From contig JBIJDE010000003.1 in the NCBI GenBank assembly GCA_044344305.1, forward strand, positions 1 through 37,903: a stretch of DNA of 37,903 bases. The letters are read 5' to 3'. This document shows positions 1 through 8,886 of the stretch, piece by piece. How positions within the stretch are numbered: position 1 is the stretch's first letter; each line of letters starts with the position of its first letter. This stretch comes from Armatimonadota bacterium (GTDB lineage Bacteria; Armatimonadota; Hebobacteria; CAIYQO01). The position numbers and the translations under genes were made by a program. Below the pieces are notes generated by a model. It did not search any database. It was not told where the DNA came from and worked only from the letters and a program-made list of their open reading frames with translations.

Positions 1-264
1 TTTTGCCGGTTTTGGACGACTGTATTCATCAAATAAAACAGTGTATCCATCATCTTTTCCAGGAAACTCACGGTCATCCGTATCATAATTCCTATACCAC
101 CCGGCATCAACAACAAAATATTCATAACCATGCGGTTTCAATCGTTCTACAAAAACATTCAGGTTTTGCAATAAACGTTCTTCATTAACAAAACAGCCAA
201 AACTATCGTAACTGTTCCATCCCATTGGCGGATAAGGGGTGAGACTGTGGATATTTTTACTCAT
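1..264 (-). CDS. Glycoside hydrolase family 27 (alpha-galactosidase-like), N-terminal part, runs off the window
   Basis: Not in the ORF track. Manual translation from ATG at 264 gives MSKNIHSLTPYPPMGWNSYDSFG...LKPHGYEYFVVDAGWY, matching the GH27 PPMGWNS and Y-x-x-x-D-x-G-W motifs. The start overlaps the upstream sulfatase stop (ATGA). Confidence 0.85.
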   Translation of the reverse strand, partial: MSKNIHSLTPYPPMGWNSYDSFGCFVNEERLLQNLNVFVERLKPHGYEYFVVDAGWYRNYDTDDREFPGKDDGYTVLFDEYSRPKPAK

Positions 265-1643
265 AGATAATCTCCTTTTGATTTATTATTAAACTTTTTA
301 TCATAATTAGGCGGTATGGGTATCGGTACATAATCATTATGTTCTCGAAAAACATATGCTTTCAAATCTCGCATTAGATTCGGATACTCATTTTTTAAAT
401 CATTATCTTCATGATTATCAACAGCAATGTTAAATAACGCTTCATCATCATTAGTATTTTCAATCGAAAATGGCGCATTTCGATGGTCATATCTAAAAAA
501 TTTCCAGTCGCCACAACGAATTGCAATTTGATTCTGATATTCAAAATATAGATAATCATGTTCCAACTGGTTTGAATTATCTTCGCACAAAAGAGGTTTA
601 ATTGATATTCCATCACAGTTAGAAGGTATTTCTAAACCTGTCAAATCGCAGATAGTAGCCATTATATCAGGGAAAAAACCTATGTAATTTGATATCCCTG
701 GTTGAATCACACCTGGCCATCTTACAATAAATGGTATACGTATACCTCCTTCATGCAAACTGCGTTTATACCCTTGAAAACCACCTGAAGAATCAAACCT
801 TTTAACACTATGTCCTCCTTCATTATGTGGACCATTATCACTAGTGAAAATCACAATTGTATTATCAGCAATCCCTACTTCTTCCAAAGTTTTCAATATT
901 CTGCCGACAGTCTGGTCTATACGCTGTACCATACGAGCAAAACCTTTTTCATTTGGTGCCCAATCACGATCAATAAACTCGCCATAATTATCTACTTCCA
1001 TACCATCTGGACTATCTCCCCCTTCATTATTGGCATGTGGCAAAGTTGTACAATAATGAAGAAAAAATGGTCGGTCTGCACAATCACGTATAAACTCAAC
1101 TGCCTGTTCTTCAATTAAGTCCGGTGAATAGTCAATCTTTACAGCTGCTACACCAATACCTGTTTCCAACTGGTACAAATCATCAGCAGGCGGTAAGTTA
1201 CGCAATGGCACACGCAAACCATTCTCGCGTAGAAATGGTGGAAAATAGTTATGAGCATGCACCATACAGTTGTAACCATAATGATAATCAAAACCTTTGC
1301 GCAATGGATCAACATCAGGCTGTTTGTTTCCAACACCATATTTACCTAAGCAAGCACTGACATAACCACGTTTTTTAAGAATCCATGGAATAGTCATTAT
1401 ATCGTCCGGAAGATAAGGGTCAGATAATTCACGAATAGGCAAATGTCCAGAATGCAATCCAGTGAGAATAGATGCTCGCGCAGGAGAACATACAGGACTG
1501 GTAGTATAGAAGTCGGTAAAGCGAATACCTTCAGATGCCATGCAATCAATATTGGGTGTCAACCAATTTTGTTGTCCATAGCAACTGCAATCACCATAAC
1601 CAAGATCGTCACATAAAATTATTACAATATTAGGAGTATTCAT
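261..1643 (-). CDS. Arylsulfatase / formylglycine-dependent (S1) sulfatase, Cys-type
   Basis: PNIVIILCDDLGYGD, CSPARASILTG (CxPxR), FTSDNG and EGGIRIPFIVRWPG motifs. No signal peptide evident. Confidence 0.93.
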   Translation of the reverse strand: MNTPNIVIILCDDLGYGDCSCYGQQNWLTPNIDCMASEGIRFTDFYTTSPVCSPARASILTGLHSGHLPIRELSDPYLPDDIMTIPWILKKRGYVSACLGKYGVGNKQPDVDPLRKGFDYHYGYNCMVHAHNYFPPFLRENGLRVPLRNLPPADDLYQLETGIGVAAVKIDYSPDLIEEQAVEFIRDCADRPFFLHYCTTLPHANNEGGDSPDGMEVDNYGEFIDRDWAPNEKGFARMVQRIDQTVGRILKTLEEVGIADNTIVIFTSDNGPHNEGGHSVKRFDSSGGFQGYKRSLHEGGIRIPFIVRWPGVIQPGISNYIGFFPDIMATICDLTGLEIPSNCDGISIKPLLCEDNSNQLEHDYLYFEYQNQIAIRCGDWKFFRYDHRNAPFSIENTNDDEALFNIAVDNHEDNDLKNEYPNLMRDLKAYVFREHNDYVPIPIPPNYDKKFNNKSKGDYL

Positions 1644-1716
1644 GATTTTTCCTTTAATCTCTATTTTAATGTTATGCGATATATTAACATTTTCAAAATC
1701 ATACAGGTTTGTTTTT

Positions 1717-3606
1717 TCACTTCATTTCTTTGCTATTTAACAAAAAAGGAACTCCGAAAGGAGCTTCCATATATTGATTATTAAAAAGTGGATAATTATT
1801 AGTTGAAATATCATTACCGGCAACAGTTAAATTACGTTGCCAACCAGTTTCAATCTGGCCGATAGTTGGAGATTCGTATGACAGATTATTAATATCACCG
1901 CTAAACACAGCCGGTGATATAGTATCAATAAACCTTGCAAATGTACCATTTAGACGTGCAGATCCCATTTCGCACACCCAAACCACGTCAGTATCATTCA
2001 CATTCCATTCATACGGTTCATCAGAGCCGATACGTGCAGATAATTTAGGGTCTGGTTGAATCCACTCGCCGGGTTTATCAGGACGAAGCGCTACATAGCC
2101 ATCACCTTTGCGACCGAAACACCAACCATTCTGATCTATTACTTCCTCAAATGCACCACGAGGGAACCATGCATGTACTCGGTCTTCGCGCCACCATGGC
2201 GGCTGATCATAAATAGGACATGGCCTAACCCGGTGCATTGCGATTAATAAATTGCGATGCTGAACGACCTTTGGCAATACCCCATTACCAACCCATGGTC
2301 CCGGACGCCCATAAGGAATATCCGCAGGTGTAGGATTAGTAGTAAATACAACGGCACGTTTCCCCAATGTCGCGGACCAGATGAATTGTTGGTAACCAGG
2401 AGCACCCGGATGATAATCCTGTGTGCATCCAATCATATACTCTGGTGTGCGAAATGTATAAAGATTTGCACTGCCAAGTGCATGAGGAAGCGCCCATGAG
2501 TCAAATGAATCACCCTGTTCTTTACAGCGCTTATAATACTCCAAATCGTAATAATACCCGGGCCATTTTGATTGTCCATTGTTATATACATAATTCATTT
2601 CAGCAATTAAATGATGATGTCCCTGACCTGCCCCCATAAAAAACATGTAATCACGCAGGCGGTCAGGATAAACACCATGGGATGATGCTTCTTCAGCATC
2701 TAAACCATGTCGTTCACTATTTTCAATGTCATCTACATTATTTCTTCCAGCAGCCAGAATTTCTGGCGAAACCTTAAAATCACCAGCAGACAGCAACATT
2801 GCGGCTAAACCCATTCTTTTTGGCAAAAGACTATCGCCCCAGCAAACCTGCGCCATTATTGCCATCGCTGTTTCATTTGGCGCTATCTGTTGTTCTAAAT
2901 ATGCCCGTCCTTGTGAAGCACCGGTGATACCATTCCAACTGTTCAATGCGACATGCAGAACAATCATTTCCATTACTGTTTCAGCTTGATGACGTAATTC
3001 CGGGTCATCCGCAAAGTGAATCAGGTTTAATAACGCGGCAGCATCATCATCGTAATAACAACTGGAGTTCCATTCACTGAATGAGAATCTGCGACGCCAA
3101 TCAAGCCATAAATACAGTTTTTCCCTTGCGCGTTCACAATGCCAACGCCCGATTTTTCCTGAATTGATAAATTCTTCATCAGGATAAAGTTGTCCCATTA
3201 AATATTCAGAAGAAGCATATTGTATTTGATGATTTTCAGTATGCCAGCAACAACTGTCTTCACCCGGGTCATGTTCATCATATTTTGCAGAAAGAAGCAC
3301 CTTTTCCATTTCAGATATCATTTCGGAAGTCAGCAAGTTAGATTTTTGGTATCGATAGAGCATCCATAACAACCCAACCATGGAAAAATCCTGACAATCC
3401 TTGCGCTGCCGCAGTAACTCAAGCGAATAATCAATCCATTCCCAGCGAAATATGCCAGGCGACTCGCCGCGACATTCCATTTCAAGTGCAGGTATTGCCT
3501 GAAAACAGGTATGCCCGCCAAAGCCACTGGGAACACCCCAATCTTTGTCAGCAAGCTGGCGTAAATATTTCAGCAAACGTTGATCATTTTTATATGATTC
3601 AGTCAT
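1717..3606 (-). CDS. Uncharacterised 629-aa protein, possibly a heparinase/alginate-lyase-like helical domain plus beta-sandwich
   Basis: Long co-oriented ORF. Motifs TENHQI, FSEWNSxxYY and GxxGRAY in a helical N-half, beta-rich C-half. The ORF is secure; the fold is inference. Confidence 0.7.
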   Translation of the reverse strand: MTESYKNDQRLLKYLRQLADKDWGVPSGFGGHTCFQAIPALEMECRGESPGIFRWEWIDYSLELLRQRKDCQDFSMVGLLWMLYRYQKSNLLTSEMISEMEKVLLSAKYDEHDPGEDSCCWHTENHQIQYASSEYLMGQLYPDEEFINSGKIGRWHCERAREKLYLWLDWRRRFSFSEWNSSCYYDDDAAALLNLIHFADDPELRHQAETVMEMIVLHVALNSWNGITGASQGRAYLEQQIAPNETAMAIMAQVCWGDSLLPKRMGLAAMLLSAGDFKVSPEILAAGRNNVDDIENSERHGLDAEEASSHGVYPDRLRDYMFFMGAGQGHHHLIAEMNYVYNNGQSKWPGYYYDLEYYKRCKEQGDSFDSWALPHALGSANLYTFRTPEYMIGCTQDYHPGAPGYQQFIWSATLGKRAVVFTTNPTPADIPYGRPGPWVGNGVLPKVVQHRNLLIAMHRVRPCPIYDQPPWWREDRVHAWFPRGAFEEVIDQNGWCFGRKGDGYVALRPDKPGEWIQPDPKLSARIGSDEPYEWNVNDTDVVWVCEMGSARLNGTFARFIDTISPAVFSGDINNLSYESPTIGQIETGWQRNLTVAGNDISTNNYPLFNNQYMEAPFGVPFLLNSKEMK

Positions 3607-3638
3607 TATATTCTCAACTTTTTTATATTTAAACTTCG

Positions 3639-5636
3639 TTAAACAATGTGATGTTTATAACTACCCTTTTGACAAAATGTAGCATCAAATACAGCAGCAA
3701 TTTCTATTTCATTATCGTTGTTATGAATTAAATGTAATAAAGATCCATCAGTTGTTACACCATCTACCTCATCAATCATTCTTTTTAATCCTTTTGTCCA
3801 AACAATATCATCAGTTATATTATCTTCCCAGTGAAGAGTTAATCGTTTAGGAGAACTATATACTTCCTTTAAAGATGATACGCATGCATCTACAGATGGC
3901 ATTGGCATCCCTGGTGACACTGGAATAAGAACTGTGACAAATGATAGTTCATGCATTTGTTCCATAGATAGTTCCTGAGTCAACTGAGGAGCCTTAGTAT
4001 ATCCATTTGAACTTGGCAGCCAACCCCTTAGTGGTTCCATTTCACCTTCATGTAATGATAGTCGAACACCCTCTGGCATTCCCGGGAAAAGCATCAATAA
4101 ATTTGATCCTGCCCTGTCAGTTCTAACACTATTATTGGATTCGTCTATAGATACAGAACCGCATTCAAATTGCCAATTAATTTCAAGCGTAGGATTTTCA
4201 CTACTATTATGAAAACTTTCTACTTCATCAATAACAACAATAAATCTATCTTTCACCCATAAAACAGTTCTTGTGTGCGCTGCTTGAATACCAGTACCAC
4301 AACCATCTGGATAAGTCCATAAATACTGACCAGGCCAATAACCACCATCATAAGTTGAACTCACCAAATCATAACCTTTAATATGGTGATGACAGGTGTC
4401 ACGAGGATTAGTTCTCACCTGATTCCATCCATTTATATTCACCGTATTATGTGCGCGAGTTGATTTACCATGAATACCGATAGTTTCAGCAAAGTTATAT
4501 GTAAGAAAACCAGGATCGACTAATACAGGTTCACCAGATATATATAGAGAAATACCGTTTCGGCTCTGATGGCAATGTGCCCCACCCCATTGTGACGCAT
4601 CAAAAACTAAATAAGTGGCAGTCGATTTCCATGAATCGCGCATAAATATTTGCCCGGCATTTGGATAATATTTTGACAAAGGAGGTAATATATCCGGTAA
4701 TCCAGCCTTTTCACGGAATGCATTACGGTCGCGCCGCATTATAAAAAGTATATCATATAAATGGTTGCGGGCTGATTGACAATCATGCAACGCATTCCAA
4801 CCACCATCAGGAGCCATACAAGCAAGTGAGTAATCATACATACTTTCTACAACAGATGTTTCAACAGCTATTCCTATCTCCGGCATGCATCTCCCTAATT
4901 CCCAAAATCTTTCTGTTACATTTGCCATCCAATGATGATAACTGGGATTTCTTTCTATATGAACACCATCAGGCAATATCTGACGACGAAAAGCATCATT
5001 TAAAATTTTCATTCCAAAATCACGAATATCCTCAGCTATTGGTCGTGTTTCTAACAAAATCCCGCTAACTACCAATGTGTCAGCACTGGTCAATCTCCAA
5101 TTCCCATCATTAGGGATGTGCTGCTTTAAAAATTTCAACTGCAATTCAACTGACTCCAGCAAATATTCGGTGAAAGCATCATCAAAAAATTTGCTGGATA
5201 AAAATATTGGGAGAGTACCAATCCAGCCTGGCCATTGTGAAGTACCCATCCGAATACCAAGGTTTAATGTATTATCGTTTCCAATAGTTTTCCAATCATC
5301 AACAGTCGGATGATCCTGTATCCAGTCCTCAATATAATCTCTGGCAGCCAGGGCATATTTATCATCCCCAGTTGCCCGATAACATGATGCCAAAGCTGCC
5401 AGAAAAAAGAAACGATTAAGTTGGGCTGCCCATTCATAATCATCATGATGATTTCCTTGCCAATCAATATTCCGTCGACCCACATGGGTTGGATACTCAC
5501 CATTGCAACTATATACCACAATACCATCAACAGCATAATCCGCTACCTGTTGTATTGCTGAGTCCCACTCTGGAATACGATTTTTCCATACACTATCAAG
5601 TCGCTGTGCCTGAGCAAGAAATTGCTGTTTATTCAT
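3639..5636 (-). CDS. Heparinase II/III family polysaccharide lyase (PL12-like)
   Basis: EWAAQLNRFFFL, GNW, QILPDGVHIERNPSYH, GGAHCHQ...LVDPG and RAHNTV are typical heparinase II/III motifs. Confidence 0.88.
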   Translation of the reverse strand: MNKQQFLAQAQRLDSVWKNRIPEWDSAIQQVADYAVDGIVVYSCNGEYPTHVGRRNIDWQGNHHDDYEWAAQLNRFFFLAALASCYRATGDDKYALAARDYIEDWIQDHPTVDDWKTIGNDNTLNLGIRMGTSQWPGWIGTLPIFLSSKFFDDAFTEYLLESVELQLKFLKQHIPNDGNWRLTSADTLVVSGILLETRPIAEDIRDFGMKILNDAFRRQILPDGVHIERNPSYHHWMANVTERFWELGRCMPEIGIAVETSVVESMYDYSLACMAPDGGWNALHDCQSARNHLYDILFIMRRDRNAFREKAGLPDILPPLSKYYPNAGQIFMRDSWKSTATYLVFDASQWGGAHCHQSRNGISLYISGEPVLVDPGFLTYNFAETIGIHGKSTRAHNTVNINGWNQVRTNPRDTCHHHIKGYDLVSSTYDGGYWPGQYLWTYPDGCGTGIQAAHTRTVLWVKDRFIVVIDEVESFHNSSENPTLEINWQFECGSVSIDESNNSVRTDRAGSNLLMLFPGMPEGVRLSLHEGEMEPLRGWLPSSNGYTKAPQLTQELSMEQMHELSFVTVLIPVSPGMPMPSVDACVSSLKEVYSSPKRLTLHWEDNITDDIVWTKGLKRMIDEVDGVTTDGSLLHLIHNNDNEIEIAAVFDATFCQKGSYKHHIV

Positions 5637-5715
5637 GAATAACCCCTTATTAAGGATTTAAATACCGTGTTAATGCTTAGTATATATAGTAAATAAATTT
5701 ATAGCCATACTCAAT

Positions 5716-6750
5716 TCAATTGCGATCACCTTCACCTGTTTGCAAAGTTGGCACATAACTTATTCCCCCGGTATCCGATGGTATTCGGTTTTCACGACCG
5801 GCTATGACGCCGGGGTCATAACCGTTGCCAATAATAGTGGCTGCTTCAAGGTTGCCAGCATAAGCGGCTTTGATACGATAATCTGTACTGGCGGTAAACA
5901 GGTTGTTAAGGTAACTGCCATGAGTGCCGGAATCTGTCAGCATAAATCCGATAACTGTATTATCGAAGGTGAAACTATTGCTGTAAACACGACAATTCAT
6001 GAAACGATTGAAAGGTTTTGCGACAAGAAAACCGTAACACTCCAGACCTTCATCAAATGGTGCGTCGGCATAACATTGGCTGTAGGAATCTCCCCATCCA
6101 TTGCAGAAAAAGTTGCGTTTCAACGGACCTTGCGCGGTGACACTCCAGACATGTACCTGCGAGAAATCATTAGAAGAGCTCTCACTGGCGACTCCGGTCT
6201 CGTATCCAATAATCACCACCTGACTGATGTAACTGTCGGTAATCTGTTCATAATGCAGTCCAATACTGCCCGGGGCATGTGCTGTTTCCAGGTCGATGGC
6301 ACAGCGGACACTGCGCACATTTACCTCATAACCCCAGGTTTTGTCAGAACTGCCGATGTAGATGCCTTTTTGCAGACAATCCACTATCTCAATATCACTA
6401 ATATCCAGTCGGCAAGCACCCGGCACATGAATGCCTATCAGGTTTTGACGACTGCCATCAATCATCCCGCCGGATATGCGTCCATTGAAATGGTGGATTC
6501 CTATTTCACCCCGTTGTTTTCGCAATACAGTATCACCCTGAAAATCGGGCATCGCCTTTATCCGGGCACCCGGTTCAAGGTGAAGACTAATACTGGTTGG
6601 CAATTCAATGGTGCGGCTAACCATATATGTACCAGCTTTAAGCTGCAAGCCAGTCATTCCGGCAGCAATGAATTGTGCAAAAACTTCTTCAAAAGCTGAC
6701 GAATTGTCAGTCTGCCCATCACCTATCAAAGTAGTAATAAATTTTGTCAT
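5716..6750 (-). CDS. Right-handed beta-helix protein (pectate_lyase_3 / GH28-like fold)
   Basis: N-terminal GDGQTDNSSAF...AGTYMVSRTIEL followed by beta-helix periodicity. Homologous to 21507..22697 (shared QVHVW, GWxDxxSQC, PFxRFxxC). Confidence 0.78.
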   Translation of the reverse strand: MTKFITTLIGDGQTDNSSAFEEVFAQFIAAGMTGLQLKAGTYMVSRTIELPTSISLHLEPGARIKAMPDFQGDTVLRKQRGEIGIHHFNGRISGGMIDGSRQNLIGIHVPGACRLDISDIEIVDCLQKGIYIGSSDKTWGYEVNVRSVRCAIDLETAHAPGSIGLHYEQITDSYISQVVIIGYETGVASESSSNDFSQVHVWSVTAQGPLKRNFFCNGWGDSYSQCYADAPFDEGLECYGFLVAKPFNRFMNCRVYSNSFTFDNTVIGFMLTDSGTHGSYLNNLFTASTDYRIKAAYAGNLEAATIIGNGYDPGVIAGRENRIPSDTGGISYVPTLQTGEGDRN

Positions 6751-6783
6751 GGTTTTATTTCCTTACCCCGCTAAATATCTTAA

Positions 6784-6873
6784 AATTACAGGACTTTCTC
6801 TTAATATCGCTGAGCCTGTCGAAGCGACCACTTTTTAAATAGATTTCACTTGTAAAGCGAAAGTCCTGTAATT
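6784..6873. repeat. ~90-bp MITE/REP-like element, copy A
   Basis: Perfect 15-bp inverted repeat AATTACAGGACTTTC (6784-6798) / GAAAGTCCTGTAATT (6859-6873). Contains the hairpin TCGCTGAGCCTGTCGAAGCGA. Related copy at 35581-35661. Confidence 0.75.
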
Positions 6874-6990
6874 ATTTAAGTGACTTTCACTAATAATTTA
6901 TTTTTACCTGCATTTCTATTCAAATAGAATGTGACACAGTATAATGCAGTGGAAGCGGTAGCACTTTCGTAGTCATAGTCCACAATAAGC

Positions 6991-7267
6991 TCATTTTGCC
7001 ATTGGCTCATTCTTGACTGGCAATACAGGTGTCAACGTGATGTCGTCAATGTCGACGCTGCCGGTGCCCTTCGCTTCGAACAACCAACTAAAAAAATAGG
7101 CTTGCCGCAGAATCGACGTCTCGAAACCGAGTCACACCCAGTCGCCCGGGCCGTCGAACTTCACCTTGGCCGATGGCTTGGAGTAGGTATTGGGTTTCGG
7201 GTAGGTTGCCGAATCTATCGCGCAGCTGATCTGGAAACACAAATAAAATATTTGGTCTGTCTGTCAT
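6991..7267 (-). pseudogene. Chimeric remnant: sulfatase 5' end joined to an unrelated 3' gene fragment
   Basis: RBS-like AAAGGA and ATG at 7267 give MTDRPNILFVFPDQLR (sulfatase N-terminus), then homology is lost. A different, GC3-rich frame reads ...KVKFDGPGDWV*LGFE...GTGSVDIDDITLTPV... with an internal TGA at 7132-7134 and a stop at 6991. Confidence 0.65.
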
Positions 7268-7464
7268 AGGTATCCTTTCAATCGAACAACTCGTTGGAGA
7301 TCACCAGGGTATTCTGTGTCTTTCTCGACATTGAGCACGGACTGGGCCGGCGGGATGTTGAGTCTCCGAAAAAACGACGCGAACAGGTTTATTTTCGGCA
7401 ACTTTTTTCCTCGTCCACTGCAATGCGGAGGGGTCAGTTGCGCTTGCTATGCAGCAGTTCAATG

Positions 7465-8886
7465 TCAGTATCCCCCGGTGATTGCAGGTCCAAGATCAAG
7501 TGCGGCAGCCAGGGCGTCAAAGCTCTGGCGGGTTAATTCAAAGCGCACTTCCGCACAGCCGGGATCGTCCCACAAGTTGTCAAACTCCCATGGATCCTGT
7601 TGCAGATCGAAGAGCTCACCCAAACCGGTCCCGTGGTAGATGGTTAACTTATAACGGCGGTTGCGAATCATAGTGGCCCGAGTGCCGGTATTCGGCTGCG
7701 GATGCTTGCCCATGGGGAGCGCGGCGTAGTATTCGCAGCGGACGAAATCGCGATGTTGTACCGGCAATGCACCGCCTTTCAGGATGGGAAGGAGTGAACG
7801 TCCCTGCATCTCCACGGGTACTGATAAACCGGCCAATTCAAGGAGCGTCGGGGCAATATCCGTCAGTTCAACCAGTGTCTCGCTACGCAGTCCGGCGGGA
7901 ATCTGTCCAGGTAGACGAAGCAGCAAGGGCACGCGCACCAGTCCCTCGTAGAACCGGCAGCCTTTCATCAGCAAGCCATGATCACCGAGGGTTTCGCCAT
8001 GGTCACTGGTGAAGATTACCAGGGTGTTCCCGGCCTGACCGGTGCGTTCGAGGGCATCGAGCATACGCCCGACATTCTCGTCGATCAACTCCACCATCGC
8101 CCAATAGGCGGCCTGCAGGCCACGGGCATTAAACGATTCCGGATGGCGCGGTTTGTTCTGAAAGTAATCAATGCCGCCAGACAGTTTCTCCTGAACAGCG
8201 AGGTCGCTCTCCTGGAAGTAAGGCCCCGGCATGGCGTCGACCGGATAGCGATCACTATAAGACTGCGGTGGGTCGAATGGCGCGTGAGGGTCGAATATGT
8301 TAACGCTGAACAGCCAGGGTTGGTCTCCTGCTGCTTCGATAAAATCTATGGCCCGGTCGGCGCACCAAGTGGTCTGGTGAAGTTCGGGAGGGATGCCGGC
8401 GGGATCCTTACGCAACTCGGCCAGGGAATATCCCTGTTTTGTCAGCCAGACATCGTACTCGTGGCCGGGATGGTCCAGATGGATCGGCCCGTGCGACCAG
8501 TGGAAGACGCGATAGCCGTCGTCGCCACGCTTTTCGATCCGGTTCTCAGCTGCCGCGAGGTGGAGCTTGCCAGAGAGTCCACAGTCGTAGCCAGCCTCGG
8601 ACAGGAGTTTTGTTACCAGGGGGGCGGCGCCGGCCCATACGTCGTTGCCGTTGCAACAGGCCTGTACCCGACTGGGATACATGCCAGTGAGAAAGCTCGC
8701 ACGACTGGGGGTACAGATAGGGCTTTGGCAATAAGCGTGCGTGAAGGCCGCACCCTCGGCCACCAGACGATCGAGGTTCGGAGTGTGAATGTGCTCGTTG
8801 CCCAGGGCGTGGATGGTGTCGAAACGCTGCTGGTCGGTGCAGATCCACAGAATATTGGGAGGTGTCATAGTCTTTTTTGTTTTCAC
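7465..8886 (-). CDS. Sulfatase (S1, Cys-type)
   Basis: PNILWICTDQQR, CTPSRASFLTG, GKLH, DPHAPF and FTSDHG motifs. Start is either GTG 8886 (overlaps the upstream stop, AGGA upstream) or ATG 8868; the 8937 start in the track is unlikely. Confidence 0.93.
   Translation of the reverse strand: MKTKKTMTPPNILWICTDQQRFDTIHALGNEHIHTPNLDRLVAEGAAFTHAYCQSPICTPSRASFLTGMYPSRVQACCNGNDVWAGAAPLVTKLLSEAGYDCGLSGKLHLAAAENRIEKRGDDGYRVFHWSHGPIHLDHPGHEYDVWLTKQGYSLAELRKDPAGIPPELHQTTWCADRAIDFIEAAGDQPWLFSVNIFDPHAPFDPPQSYSDRYPVDAMPGPYFQESDLAVQEKLSGGIDYFQNKPRHPESFNARGLQAAYWAMVELIDENVGRMLDALERTGQAGNTLVIFTSDHGETLGDHGLLMKGCRFYEGLVRVPLLLRLPGQIPAGLRSETLVELTDIAPTLLELAGLSVPVEMQGRSLLPILKGGALPVQHRDFVRCEYYAALPMGKHPQPNTGTRATMIRNRRYKLTIYHGTGLGELFDLQQDPWEFDNLWDDPGCAEVRFELTRQSFDALAAALDLGPAITGGY

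Noticed and set aside
5740-6699. 319-aa plus-strand ORF
   Set aside because: Lies entirely antisense to the beta-helix gene and has no recognisable motifs; shadow ORF.
6914-6965. Short palindrome TTCTATT-CA-AATAGAA and LacI/cre-like GTGGAAGCGGTAGCAC
   Set aside because: Single occurrences in AT-rich DNA with no convincing -35/-10 pair; not supportable.
7132-7134. In-frame TGA as selenocysteine or an alternative genetic code
   Set aside because: It lies in a start-less remnant, and TGA is used as a normal stop by many genes here.
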